Shown here: one piece after another, positions 27,160 to 37,163 of the stretch
How the letters are laid out: each line of letters opens with the position of its first letter
Numbering within the stretch: position 1 is the first letter of the stretch
Virus record (IMG/VR): IMGVR_UViG_3300020138_000007
Span: 1 to 48,201 of that record
Length of the DNA stretch: 48,201 nt
From: a virus
Taxonomy: Duplodnaviria > Caudoviricetes
Direction: 5' to 3' (one strand)
Translations under genes and position numbers: made by a program
The notes under the pieces: generated by a model
What the model saw: only the letters and a program-made list of their open reading frames with translations
Databases searched by the model: none
Told to the model about the DNA's origin: nothing

Positions 27160-27693
27160 TTAGACAGCCGGGAATAGACGTCGGCCAGTCCCGTAGTTAT
27201 TAGAGAGGAAGCTACCAAAGTTAGAGATACCAGAGCCGATAGACTGTAGAGTCTGGCCAGACGAAATCTGTGCGTTAGCCCTGAACATATCTAGACCGAT
27301 GGATTGTCCCTGATTGATTCCTTGAATATTACTTCCGGCCTGTGCAGCGATCTGTGATTGACCACCGGCAGCACCAGAACCTTCGGCAGCATTCTGTCCT
27401 GTAGCGTTAGACAATGCAGTAGCCCTTGCTATGATTGCCTGACGGACAGTCTGTCTTCGGGCACGAGATGCTTCTAGGTTCATCTGTCGCATCCGTAGAG
27501 CTTCTGCTTTCTTAGCTCCTCTGGATTGCTGGATAGCACCATAGGCAGAAATACCTGTACCGATAAGACCGGCAGCAGCCGTCAGACCTGATGCAGAGAT
27601 ACCACCCAATGCTGATCCGATAGCACCAGCGGCAGAGCCAATGGCCGAACCGATTGCGCCGATGGCTCCGGCAATTGCAGTAAAAATAGCCAT
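27160..27693 (-). CDS. small internal virion protein (T7 gp14-like)
   Basis: Gly/Ala-rich hydrophobic N-terminus followed by Q/A-rich helices. Confidence 0.75.
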   Translation of the reverse strand: MAIFTAIAGAIGAIGSAIGSAAGAIGSALGGISASGLTAAAGLIGTGISAYGAIQQSRGAKKAEALRMRQMNLEASRARRQTVRQAIIARATALSNATGQNAAEGSGAAGGQSQIAAQAGSNIQGINQGQSIGLDMFRANAQISSGQTLQSIGSGISNFGSFLSNNYGTGRRLFPAV

Positions 27694-27694
27694 C

Positions 27695-28180
27695 TTAAAA
27701 CTCCAATTCTTGAAACTTCAATGTCTTAATGAAGGAGGACTCGACTTGACGATATCCACGTTTCTTATAGAACTCATCAAGCGGAGGAGATACCCCCGGA
27801 AGATAGGCTCCCTGTACATAATGGCAACCGACACGTCTGGCCCAATCCTCATAGGCGGAGTATATCAGGAGAGAGGCTCTGGAACCACGATGTTCGGGGT
27901 CAACCCACCAGCCCAATTCTGTCGCGATTTTCACCGACGAGAAGACTGGTTCATTGGCTACCCCGACAATAAACCCAACAGGTTTGTCATCATGAAGAGC
28001 GAGAATGATTATACTATCCATCTGGTTCCCGGATATGATATCCCGAAGGACCTTCTCGCCCTTGATTGTGTCGAACTTCATAGTGTTATATGGGGACGCC
28101 CTATGAAAATTTCTGGCGAAACGCATACAGACTGGTATATCTTCGAGTGTCGCGAGACGTAGATACTTCTCTACTGTCAC
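27695..28180 (-). CDS. GNAT acetyltransferase in the virion module
   Basis: LRLATLEDIP, GFIVG, WWVDPEHRG, FYKKRGY. GTG start with AGGAGG RBS overlapping the upstream stop. Confidence 0.85.
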   Translation of the reverse strand: MTVEKYLRLATLEDIPVCMRFARNFHRASPYNTMKFDTIKGEKVLRDIISGNQMDSIIILALHDDKPVGFIVGVANEPVFSSVKIATELGWWVDPEHRGSRASLLIYSAYEDWARRVGCHYVQGAYLPGVSPPLDEFYKKRGYRQVESSFIKTLKFQELEF

Positions 28181-30318
28181 GGTAGCTGACCTCCTGTGTC
28201 GAACGTGCTCCATCCGATTATCTTGAATGGGGAATCACCGTCTGATTCAAAACGAAGCTGGAAGGATCGACCTTTCCCCCTTAGTTTCACACGTCGTATG
28301 ATGTATTCAGAATCTTTCTCTTGTACAGGATAGAGCCATTGAGGGGTCGTAACTCTCAATCCATAATCCCACAATCCTTTAAGGATTACCTGTCCTTCAG
28401 CGATTTTCTGGAGAACGACGGCAATGGGTGTCGAATTGAATGGTCGTAGGATTTCACCCCTGATACGATAACCAGACTCGAAGAACGAGAGGTAACTCGA
28501 CCCACCAATCGTCTCCCAATCTATAGGATTAGTAACCTGATTGGAGTACGTGAGGGACGGAGTATCTCCAGTCACCAGTGTAGTATACTTGAAGAGTTCA
28601 ATGTTGGGTGTATACGAAGCGCTCTCAATCATGACTTCGTCAGACGCATTATTAGTGACGACTATCTCTGAGTTGTCGACGACCTCTTCCAGAAATTCTA
28701 CTCTTTTCTGTCCAGATAACGAGACCAACCCGACTACCCGAGGTGATTTGTCAGTCGAGATCGTGTGGGTGTAGAATGCCCGTGAAGAGACGTTGAACTC
28801 CAAGATTCGATTATACGTAAAGGGGTTTGCATCATCTAGGTCGGAATACAACCACTGGACAATACGATCTTTCTTGTTATAGACACCTTTAATGTAGGGT
28901 CGATTGACAGACGGAACATCATCAATGACAGACTGGATGGTAGTACGACTGGCATTCTGGACCTGATAGTAGACACCAATCTGGTCTTTCGTCAGAGCAT
29001 AGAGAGCATCGTAATTCCACCAGAGGAGTGAGTTGTCGACGTTTACGATAGAGAGATGAGAGACCCCTCCAATCGTCGATACATATTCGACAGAGTAGTC
29101 AGTCGCACGGAACGGACCATTCTCGGTCCCCCTGATTGCAAAGATACCGTTTGTACCGATGACAATCAAGGCGTCATTAATGACTTGGAGTGATACGACT
29201 TTCGATATCAATGGTATTGAAATGATACCGCCATCACTGTCGACCAGATCAAAGATAGACTCCGAGGTCGGGTCATTGACTTGATAACACTTCCCAAACT
29301 GATCGTCAGACTCGATGATCTGGGAGAAATAGATCTTGTCAGAGTACCTAGACGATGAGATACCCGCATAAAATATCCTACCGGCGTAGAAAGCCACACA
29401 AGAGGGGCGAGACGACCCGGCGGACAGACTAGGTAGGTTAGGAATACCTGACTCGGTCGAACGATCTATATTCCAAGCATTGTAGATATAATGGCCATTC
29501 GGAGCAGGAGTATTCCCGAGGGTTATCTGTGAGGGACCGATCTGTCCTTCTTTATAGTCGGCGTCAAATCTAGCGAGTTCATAGCCATTTTTATAGACCC
29601 ACCAGATGTCTGCATTTGATGGAAAGTCGGCTCGAACTTGGTCCCAAGCAGGAAGGACTGGACGGGGTTGTCCACTTCCTGCAACGATAGCACTGACGTA
29701 CCAACCTTGATTATAGAGATTGTACTTGTGGATATCAGTTAGGGTAGATGGGCGCTCATCGATCTTTAGTCCGTCCTCAAGACGTTCAAAGTCCCTGACT
29801 TCAATCGTGATGGTGGAGACCTCAATCGTATCTGTGTCTTTGTGATATTCGACCGCAATCGGATCGCACATCGGATGGCAGATGAAGAGAAAGCCTTTAC
29901 CAAAGGTGAACTGGCAGGGTTGTTGACTGACGAGAGACAGATCAGTCACAGTCTTGTAGTCATCCAGATTGATCGAAAAATTTTTGAGATTAGAAGATAC
30001 CGCTACATCACCGACTTCGAAAAAGACGATGCTTGAACCCACCTGTTGGACAAGGAAAGAAACAGTCCCGTCACCACCTACAGAGTCCCATTTGAATTCA
30101 ACGAAGACTCCCGGACTGTCGGTCAAGTCACCGATTAGGTTTTCCTGATACTCAGGCTCGTAGTCAATACCATTCCGACGAGAAACGACACCTAACTCAG
30201 AGAATACAACGTTATCTCCGTCCGTCACCGCATTCTCAGGGAAATTAAGAGCGGTGTACTCGGTCACAAGACCTTGTATGAACGAATTCTCGACTGTAAT
30301 TACCGCTCCTCTAGCCAT
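28177..30318 (-). CDS. tail tubular protein B / nozzle
   Basis: 713 aa beta-rich protein: NSFIQGLVTE, FYAGRIFYAG, KLRGKGRS.QLRFES; position after the adaptor. Confidence 0.8.
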   Translation of the reverse strand: MARGAVITVENSFIQGLVTEYTALNFPENAVTDGDNVVFSELGVVSRRNGIDYEPEYQENLIGDLTDSPGVFVEFKWDSVGGDGTVSFLVQQVGSSIVFFEVGDVAVSSNLKNFSINLDDYKTVTDLSLVSQQPCQFTFGKGFLFICHPMCDPIAVEYHKDTDTIEVSTITIEVRDFERLEDGLKIDERPSTLTDIHKYNLYNQGWYVSAIVAGSGQPRPVLPAWDQVRADFPSNADIWWVYKNGYELARFDADYKEGQIGPSQITLGNTPAPNGHYIYNAWNIDRSTESGIPNLPSLSAGSSRPSCVAFYAGRIFYAGISSSRYSDKIYFSQIIESDDQFGKCYQVNDPTSESIFDLVDSDGGIISIPLISKVVSLQVINDALIVIGTNGIFAIRGTENGPFRATDYSVEYVSTIGGVSHLSIVNVDNSLLWWNYDALYALTKDQIGVYYQVQNASRTTIQSVIDDVPSVNRPYIKGVYNKKDRIVQWLYSDLDDANPFTYNRILEFNVSSRAFYTHTISTDKSPRVVGLVSLSGQKRVEFLEEVVDNSEIVVTNNASDEVMIESASYTPNIELFKYTTLVTGDTPSLTYSNQVTNPIDWETIGGSSYLSFFESGYRIRGEILRPFNSTPIAVVLQKIAEGQVILKGLWDYGLRVTTPQWLYPVQEKDSEYIIRRVKLRGKGRSFQLRFESDGDSPFKIIGWSTFDTGGQLP

Positions 30319-30330
30319 AGAGACTCCTGA

Positions 30331-30537
30331 TTATTTTGTCTTAGACTTCGAAGAAGTCAGATAGATTTCGATGTAATTGACGGCATCACGTAGGTTAGTG
30401 TACTTCTGATTCAATCCAGAGATTGACTTATTGTCGAAGGTCTTGATTTCCCAGAAACCATAAGGGTCAGTCCTGAATAGGTTGAATCCTTTATACACCC
30501 GGTGATTTTCTTCGATCTTATCAAACGTACCCGACAT
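30331..30537 (-). CDS. hypothetical protein (68 aa)
   Basis: TGATG coupling; starts MSGTFDKIEE. Confidence 0.65.
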   Translation of the reverse strand: MSGTFDKIEENHRVYKGFNLFRTDPYGFWEIKTFDNKSISGLNQKYTNLRDAVNYIEIYLTSSKSKTK

Positions 30538-31337
30538 CAGTGTCCTTCCCTCATTGCACGTTGCATCCAATTCCTCGGATAACCATTACGACCGTTACGA
30601 CCAAAACCGACATGACGTTGATTAGACCACATAGGGTCGTTGTCGTGTTTGTTCTTTTGCGTCAGGATTTGATTCTTACGAGCCTTACGCTCAGCATTAG
30701 GATTGCTTGCCTGCTTGAGTTCCGTGAATGCCTGAGCTTTAGCTTCCTGAAGCAGAAGTTGAAATTGGCGGGGGTCAAGATCAGGAATGAAATCATCCAG
30801 CAGTTCGAAGACAGGAACGAGTTCAGCAAAGATAGTCGTTCTAGACTCAGTCAAAGTATCTTCCTGACCAGAGTCATAGGCATCAAACACGACATCTTTG
30901 TCATTCAAGATTGTGTAGTATGATGGCATACGGTCGGTAAAGAATTTTAGATTGACGTTCTTGCCATTTACACTTACCGTCATCACTCCGACGTTACTGT
31001 CGTCTATATCCATCCCATCTTGAAAATAGAGAAACTCCTCTACCGAAACAAACCTGATGTCCTGTTGTCGTTCTCCAGTGTCGTACTTGATCCACTTGAT
31101 CCGGGAGACACGGGAAGGGATATACATCAGGGTGGGTTTTGTATCGTCGATACTTGCATCGAGTTTATAGAGACCCTCCTGTTCAGACATCGAGAACTGT
31201 CCGACAATATCGAAGTAACATTCTTTGATGATATTAGCGACAGAGAGGCTTTCTGGAGTCTCGCCGATGGTTGAGACTTCGTCTGACTCCATGCTCTCAA
31301 GAATCCGCTGGGTCATGTCTAGAAGGGTGTATCTCAT
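30537..31337 (-). CDS. tail tubular protein A / head-tail adaptor
   Basis: TLLDMTQRILESMESDEVSTIGETPES N-terminus typical of podovirus adaptors; gene position fits. Confidence 0.8.
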   Translation of the reverse strand: MRYTLLDMTQRILESMESDEVSTIGETPESLSVANIIKECYFDIVGQFSMSEQEGLYKLDASIDDTKPTLMYIPSRVSRIKWIKYDTGERQQDIRFVSVEEFLYFQDGMDIDDSNVGVMTVSVNGKNVNLKFFTDRMPSYYTILNDKDVVFDAYDSGQEDTLTESRTTIFAELVPVFELLDDFIPDLDPRQFQLLLQEAKAQAFTELKQASNPNAERKARKNQILTQKNKHDNDPMWSNQRHVGFGRNGRNGYPRNWMQRAMREGH

Positions 31338-31507
31338 CAGCCTTTTCCGTTCTTCAAGAGTTCATAGAAGGAATAGAGCGTCGTAATCGGGACTGCAACA
31401 TAGAGGAATGTCTTGACCCACCCCCAAATAAGTCCGACGGCCTTCTCTCTCTCCACCATTTGTCTTAGGATTTTTACCTCATCAGGATCGAGTTCGTTTT
31501 CATTCAT
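31337..31507 (-). CDS. small membrane protein in the lysis cassette (56 aa)
   Basis: MNENELDPDEVKILRQMVEREKAVGLIWGWVKTFLYVAVPITTLYSFYELLKNGKG; GAGGTG RBS. Confidence 0.65.
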   Translation of the reverse strand: MNENELDPDEVKILRQMVEREKAVGLIWGWVKTFLYVAVPITTLYSFYELLKNGKG

Positions 31508-31538
31508 TTGGCACCTCGTGCCTTCGTATGATCCTTAA

Positions 31539-31916
31539 TCATTTTGACCACCTACCTAAGACAGCCTTTGAGCCGTCAACAATAAAGAGAGCAGAGATGA
31601 TCCATCCAGCCCATTGGTCAAGGGGTGATGGGAGTGAGTATGTCACATGGTTCCACCAATCGAAATATCCTAGGATCGAGTCAAGAATGACCGATGCCCA
31701 CCATATGCCTAGTGGGATGACGAAAAGGAGTTGAAACCACCAAGTCCGACCGACGAGAAGGGAAGCCTGTGCTTTGATCCACGTCTCCGTGACTTCTGCT
31801 TTAAGCTCCTCCTTCTTGACGTCGTTGTCCATCTTGGTATTGATGACATCTAGTATTTTTTCAAGTGAACCCCCCGTAAGAAACGAAATGATCCACTTGC
31901 CTACGAGGGTCCACAT
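31539..31916 (-). CDS. putative holin
   Basis: Multiple hydrophobic segments, directly after the lysin. Confidence 0.65.
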   Translation of the reverse strand: MWTLVGKWIISFLTGGSLEKILDVINTKMDNDVKKEELKAEVTETWIKAQASLLVGRTWWFQLLFVIPLGIWWASVILDSILGYFDWWNHVTYSLPSPLDQWAGWIISALFIVDGSKAVLGRWSK

Positions 31917-31917
31917 A

Positions 31918-32517
31918 TCAGTTCTTCCTAGAAAGAGCGTCGATGATCCAGTCGATGATGATCTCGATCAAAGTCTTTGGTTTAATAGGTTCTGGTTCGG
32001 CCACAGGAGGCACAGGAGCCGGTTTTGGCTTTTCTTTGGGTTCCTCTACTGGAGGAATGACATTCGCGTCCTGATAAGCCTCATAGGCCCGTTTAGCCCA
32101 TACAACTCGGGAATCGAGGTGTTCAATCCCCGGACGAAGGAAGGTCTTCATAAAGACTTTCGTCTTCTCCTCTAAGCCCGGCGTTTTGCGGAGTAGAGGG
32201 AGGACCTTCCCTTCGGGACCCTTGAGTTCAATAAAAAGGAATTTGTAGTTACTTTCCATGTCAGCGGGATCGAGCTTGTTTCTCTTACAATAAGCTTCGT
32301 ACTCCCGACGACGAGGGCCAGTCCACTGCATAATCCCATAACCACCTTTTGAACCCGGTATCAGTGGTTTGATTTCTTGAAGAGATTTGAATCCGTTCGA
32401 TTCATGTCCGGCGTTGCCGATTATGGCACATCCCGACAAGAGGTCAAGATTAAAATCCTTCATCAGTCTCCCAACAAAGATGACAGACCATTTCGAGAAA
32501 AAAGTCGTATTACCCAT
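31918..32517 (-). CDS. endolysin, phage tail lysozyme (lysozyme2) family
   Basis: IIGNAGHES, GGYGIMQWTGPRR, FLRPG; Pro-rich linker and amphipathic C-terminus. Confidence 0.85.
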   Translation of the reverse strand: MGNTTFFSKWSVIFVGRLMKDFNLDLLSGCAIIGNAGHESNGFKSLQEIKPLIPGSKGGYGIMQWTGPRRREYEAYCKRNKLDPADMESNYKFLFIELKGPEGKVLPLLRKTPGLEEKTKVFMKTFLRPGIEHLDSRVVWAKRAYEAYQDANVIPPVEEPKEKPKPAPVPPVAEPEPIKPKTLIEIIIDWIIDALSRKN

Positions 32518-32526
32518 GGGTACTCC

Positions 32527-34848
32527 TTAGAAATTGGCCGTCACACTCTTGTTTGAACCGCTACCATTATCGACGACACCTGCCGTCCCGTTCCCAGATA
32601 CAAGGTTATTAGCGATGATGTACCGGTCTGAAGACCCGGTACTGACGACAATACCGTTATCTTGTGTCCTTGGTAGATCATCGATATTCGTCGCTTGACA
32701 ACCGATAATCGAGAAGTCAGTCGCATTTGCCAAGACAAGACATCCATCACTCTCGTTATTCAAGAACTTGCATCCTTGGACTGTGGTGAACTTCGATGAC
32801 GCGCCGATTTGCAAACCGTGTACCGCATTATTGGCGAACGTCGTTCCCTCGAAACTCGTCCCGCGCGAGTTGGTGACGATGCAGCCAGACCCACCGCTGG
32901 ACGATATCCACCCGCCAACGAAGGTCAGGTCGGTAGTGTAGTTCAGTTGAACGCCTTCTCGGGTGCTGTCGACATACAGGCCCAAAAACCTGATGAAAGC
33001 GGGACGGCGGCGTGGAGAAGTATCGGTGACTTGCGTGAGTATCCCGTAGCGCCCGCCGATGACAGCGACAGCCTCCAGAACATAGCCTTCGCCACGTTCT
33101 GCAAGACGAAGCCCGCCGGAAGCGTGAGGTTCCGCCGTTCGAACCACGACAGCGGTTGCTCCCGATGTAGCGCCCTGAATTGTCTCTCCGACCGTGTACG
33201 GGTTGTGTGGGGCGGAACCGACAGACAGAGTATCGCCAGACCGCTCCTCGAAAATATTGCTCTTGCCAGAGGTCAGCCCGGTTATCGTTTCACCGGGTTC
33301 GAAATCGCCCGAGATATCGGAGACATCGACGTAGGCGCGTGTCGCATAGATATGAACTTGCGAAGCAAAAACGTCAGGATAGCCGTTTCCGAGCGAAAGG
33401 CCGTAGTTCAGTGCGCCGTCGATATCGATGGTGTTCAGCTTTGCATTTGCCCCCGGGTAGCTGATACCCTGCCAGACCCGTTTCATAAAAACGTCTTCGA
33501 TGCGAACGAGCGTTGAGCCGGTGACATTAAGGACCGTGCCGCCGTTTGCCCGGGTAGCGTATGCGAAGTCAGGTCCGTAGTACGAAAAGCCGCTAATTGT
33601 TTTACCGCCGGGAGAGGCAGTATCAAACAGCACCGTCGTTTTCGACGTCCCAAAATAGCGGGTGCTCTCACGACCGAAACCAACGATATCCATCGCCCCG
33701 GGGATGAGGATTGCAGTTCCGTCGACTCGGAGGTCTCCCATCTGAAGATAGATAGTGCCTTGAGATCTGACTGAATTGAATGCCCGTTGCATGTCGGCGT
33801 TAGCCACGGTTGACGACCAGACGAGATTGGTGAACCAGTCTACATAAGAGATGCGCAGTCCTTTGACGTCTCCAGTACCACCAAAGATCTTATAGAGTCC
33901 AGCATCGACCCAACTGTTGTTACCAAAGGTTAGTGTCACACCATTGTCTACCGACAACGAAGACCCTCTTCCTACGACAATAGTTCCTGTAAAGGTTACG
34001 TCACTCCCAATACGACAGACGCCGGTAGGAATCACCACAGGCCGACCAAACGACATAGCAGAAACAATGATACTCGAAGTATCTGTCACCCCATCTACTG
34101 CCGCACCAAACCAAGCAGCATTCACAGGCCCACTAAACTGACGGACCCAAGCACCCGATGAGGCAGGGATGCTAGTCGCTTTTATATAAAGACCTTCTAG
34201 AGCGTCAGAACTGACTTGACTACTGAAATCACCTGCCGTAAAGACAAACGTCCCGTTACGGCCACCGTCAGAAATCGTGGTTGCTACGGTGTCTTTAGTC
34301 GGGTCAAGAGCTTTGAGAGCAGTCCTATTAGTCACGTAGGTCGTGAGGGAGATGTTCTTACGGAGACTGGCTAGGTCGTCAAAGTCCGAACCGTTATTCG
34401 CCGCAAGGACGTCACCAGTACCAGTACCAGTGAATGCGACAACAGGATTGATCGGGTCGGTTGCATCGACCGATGCACTCTGGCCTGCGATGATACTCTG
34501 GATAGCAGTATCAGCCTTGGCCCCTTGTGCAGCAGATGCGAACTGAGACTTCGACTCACCTACGATCAATCCATTATCCGAGACAAGAATTTCATCGTTG
34601 TCAATCGGAAGATGTAACTCCTGAAGTTCTAGTCTATCAAAAATGAGGGAGTCGGTATAGAGCTTCTTGACATTCAGGATGTCGTTATGGTTCATATCGA
34701 GATCAGACTCCATCTGGTTAGGAGTCGTACCGTCGCGGGAGAGTGTTTTTTCTAGGGCCGCTTCGATCTTCTCGGAATTGTTATTTAGAGTCGTCAGACC
34801 AGCGAGATTAAAGTTCCCGACGTCCTCAAGTATTAATTTCGCCATCAC
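32527..34848 (-). CDS. tailspike / receptor-binding protein with pectin-lyase-like beta-helix
   Basis: N-terminal anchor LSRDGTTPNQM..DLDMN, WFGAAVDGVTD, and repeated beta-helix strands. Confidence 0.85.
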   Translation of the reverse strand: MMAKLILEDVGNFNLAGLTTLNNNSEKIEAALEKTLSRDGTTPNQMESDLDMNHNDILNVKKLYTDSLIFDRLELQELHLPIDNDEILVSDNGLIVGESKSQFASAAQGAKADTAIQSIIAGQSASVDATDPINPVVAFTGTGTGDVLAANNGSDFDDLASLRKNISLTTYVTNRTALKALDPTKDTVATTISDGGRNGTFVFTAGDFSSQVSSDALEGLYIKATSIPASSGAWVRQFSGPVNAAWFGAAVDGVTDTSSIIVSAMSFGRPVVIPTGVCRIGSDVTFTGTIVVGRGSSLSVDNGVTLTFGNNSWVDAGLYKIFGGTGDVKGLRISYVDWFTNLVWSSTVANADMQRAFNSVRSQGTIYLQMGDLRVDGTAILIPGAMDIVGFGRESTRYFGTSKTTVLFDTASPGGKTISGFSYYGPDFAYATRANGGTVLNVTGSTLVRIEDVFMKRVWQGISYPGANAKLNTIDIDGALNYGLSLGNGYPDVFASQVHIYATRAYVDVSDISGDFEPGETITGLTSGKSNIFEERSGDTLSVGSAPHNPYTVGETIQGATSGATAVVVRTAEPHASGGLRLAERGEGYVLEAVAVIGGRYGILTQVTDTSPRRRPAFIRFLGLYVDSTREGVQLNYTTDLTFVGGWISSSGGSGCIVTNSRGTSFEGTTFANNAVHGLQIGASSKFTTVQGCKFLNNESDGCLVLANATDFSIIGCQATNIDDLPRTQDNGIVVSTGSSDRYIIANNLVSGNGTAGVVDNGSGSNKSVTANF

Positions 34849-35342
34849 GAAGTCCTAGTGAATTTAAGAGTGATAAAGACCGATGCAACATTGGTAGAGG
34901 CTCCGTCAGTCTCTATCTTGACAAAACCACTAGAAGCAATCGCTTGGTTCGTCGTGGCTGTAAAAGAGAACGAATCTCCTGCTGCCGAACCGGATTCAGG
35001 GATGGTGATTGTCGAACCGAGAGACGACCCGTCTGTCCGTGTGAATGAGAGTGTAGCATCGGAAGAAGTTATAGCTCCACCGAGAACGATAGTGGCAGAG
35101 ACGATAGAAGAGTCATCTACAATCGGTACAAAGACGGAAGACGCCGTAGAGATGTCATCAAGCTTGACCGAGAGGTAAAAGGTATTGACACCCAAAATAG
35201 CAGAAGAAAGATCAGAAAGACCTACCTTTCTCCAAGTTCCTGAACCTGCACCGTCTGAAAAGTAAGTAGTATTGATCGAGGCCGAACTAGCACCTTTCGG
35301 TTCATGGAGGTCAGCCCCCGTCAGATCTTTGTGTAAAGCCAT
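34845..35342 (-). CDS. virion structural protein
   Basis: MALHKDLTGADLHEPKG N-terminus; Ser/Thr-rich beta content. Confidence 0.7.
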   Translation of the reverse strand: MALHKDLTGADLHEPKGASSASINTTYFSDGAGSGTWRKVGLSDLSSAILGVNTFYLSVKLDDISTASSVFVPIVDDSSIVSATIVLGGAITSSDATLSFTRTDGSSLGSTITIPESGSAAGDSFSFTATTNQAIASSGFVKIETDGASTNVASVFITLKFTRTS

Positions 35343-35360
35343 CTCATACCCTTTCGAACC

Positions 35361-35409
35361 GAAAGAAAAGCCCCCGGATCAAGGCTTTTAGTCCAATCTC
35401 CGGGGGCTT
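35361..35409 (-). terminator. rho-independent terminator after the head genes
   Basis: AAGCCCCCGGA / TCCGGGGGCTT inverted repeat, followed on the - strand by TTTTCTTTC. Confidence 0.8.
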
Positions 35410-35413
35410 AGAG

Positions 35414-35665
35414 TTAAAATTCTCCTGCGATTTCGTTGACCTTAGCCTTCAGAGCATTGACGAGAGCCACGACGGCAGCACCGTCATTAGTCCAATCGCC
35501 AGAGTCTGCCGCATCGGCAGTCGAGACTGCATCGATGGAAGGTTTGTTAGTCACATTATCCCAAGAGACGGATGAACCCGGAGAACCTCCTGCCGAGAGG
35601 GTAAACTCATCGGCAATCAGTTCAAGACCACGGAAGTCCATCTGGTGTGATTTGTCTTTGGCCAT
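35414..35665 (-). CDS. putative head fibre / decoration protein
   Basis: VSWDNVTNKP...VVALVNALKAKVNEI. Confidence 0.65.
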   Translation of the reverse strand: MAKDKSHQMDFRGLELIADEFTLSAGGSPGSSVSWDNVTNKPSIDAVSTADAADSGDWTNDGAAVVALVNALKAKVNEIAGEF

Positions 35666-35674
35666 TCTGACCTC

Positions 35675-36175
35675 CTACTCGTTAGTCAGATAATACCAGA
35701 TTCGAAGCCAACCCTTACCGGCCGTCGGGACTGCACCACCCACGGTGGTCGTCACATGAAGGGCCTTAGTGTTGTCGAGTCGAGTCTCGACCTTGGCACC
35801 ATCACAGGCGACCGTATCGCCTACCGCATCCATCGCAGCCTGTGCGATAGCAGCATCGATACCATCTTCGTCGTAGACAGTGCCATCGACATTATCGAGA
35901 CCGATGGTGAGGGTAAAGGCGTCGCCTGCCGAATCAAACGGGGTTTCGACATAGACTTCTGCCTGCTTGAGGAAGCAAGTCTTCCCGTTCGAACCCGGAA
36001 GTCGGACGGCATAGTGGACTTTCTTCTCCACTGCATCGAGTACCTCTGGATTGAGTTCAAGCTGCACGAGGTGCGTCGAACCCGGATCGAAGTCACCATA
36101 TTCACCGATGGCAGCATCGGCTGCCTCTTCAGAGGCAAAGAGGACGCGAAGACCGTCCTTATTAATCCAAGCCAT
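35675..36175 (-). CDS. putative capsid decoration / minor capsid protein
   Basis: Starts MAWINKDGLRV, directly after the MCP, with strong RBS and codon bias. Confidence 0.7.
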   Translation of the reverse strand: MAWINKDGLRVLFASEEAADAAIGEYGDFDPGSTHLVQLELNPEVLDAVEKKVHYAVRLPGSNGKTCFLKQAEVYVETPFDSAGDAFTLTIGLDNVDGTVYDEDGIDAAIAQAAMDAVGDTVACDGAKVETRLDNTKALHVTTTVGGAVPTAGKGWLRIWYYLTNE

Positions 36176-36188
36176 TGTGTTTCCTTTC

Positions 36189-37151
36189 TTAGGCGTAGGT
36201 CGGAGTGATCGTGCCGCCTTCGGAGATCACAGTGACGAGGTTCTCGGGACGGAAGAGAGCGAAGTCATAACGGGCAGTCGTGACATACTCTTCGCGCTGA
36301 TAATCCTTGTTGTATTCCGAATCGACTCGGGGAGCCTGCTTGATCTGACCGACGAACGGCAGGATGTCGGAGGCAGCCGAGAAGAAGAGATTGGCAACAC
36401 CGTTCGTGGCCGACTGGCCGGAAATGGTTTCGGTATAACCCTTCGGGAGGAAGTGGTTGACGTAGACATCAAAACCGTAGATGTTCATGATGAACTTCAT
36501 ACCGGTCGACATGCCGTCTCGGACGATACCTTCCCAACGGGGGTTATTGCTGACGTTGACGAGATTCGTCAGGGTCGAAAGCTGATACTCGACCGAAGGG
36601 TCGACGATAGCCACGAGGTTCGTCATCGGGACAGCAGCCTTCTGGAGCGAATACTTCGCCAGAGCGAAGTCCTGCGGAGAAATGACGTTATTTGGACCCT
36701 GAGCATAGAAACGGTGCGGGGCACCATTAATCAGGTTGTAGTCACTAGCCGTCTGACCAGCCGGACCTACAGACATGACCTTCTCTTCGATACCAGCCAT
36801 GATGGCACGAGCCTGCTTCGGAACGAACTGAGAGACAAGACGATCAAGATAGAAAGTATCCTGCTTCATCTTGTTCGTGATGAACGTACCAGACTGCTTG
36901 TACTCGTTGACCGAGAACTGGAAGTTACCGGTATCCATCGAAGTATACTTGACGGCTTCACCTTCGACGTAGTCGTCAGCCGTGGCCGTACCGATGGACG
37001 GGATGTTAATGACATTACCATCCGTGAACTCCGAGATCATGTCGACATACTTGGTGCCCTGAAGTTCAAATTCAAGGACCTCTTTGATCTGGGTCGACCA
37101 GACTTCGGAACGGATGAGATGTTCGGTATTATAAGTAGCAAAACCGGACAT
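36189..37151 (-). CDS. major capsid protein
   Basis: 320 aa after the scaffold: LIRSEVWS, INIPSIG, IYGFDVYV, TARYDFALFRPENLV; strong codon bias. Confidence 0.9.
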   Translation of the reverse strand: MSGFATYNTEHLIRSEVWSTQIKEVLEFELQGTKYVDMISEFTDGNVINIPSIGTATADDYVEGEAVKYTSMDTGNFQFSVNEYKQSGTFITNKMKQDTFYLDRLVSQFVPKQARAIMAGIEEKVMSVGPAGQTASDYNLINGAPHRFYAQGPNNVISPQDFALAKYSLQKAAVPMTNLVAIVDPSVEYQLSTLTNLVNVSNNPRWEGIVRDGMSTGMKFIMNIYGFDVYVNHFLPKGYTETISGQSATNGVANLFFSAASDILPFVGQIKQAPRVDSEYNKDYQREEYVTTARYDFALFRPENLVTVISEGGTITPTYA

Positions 37152-37163
37152 GTTGACTCCTAA

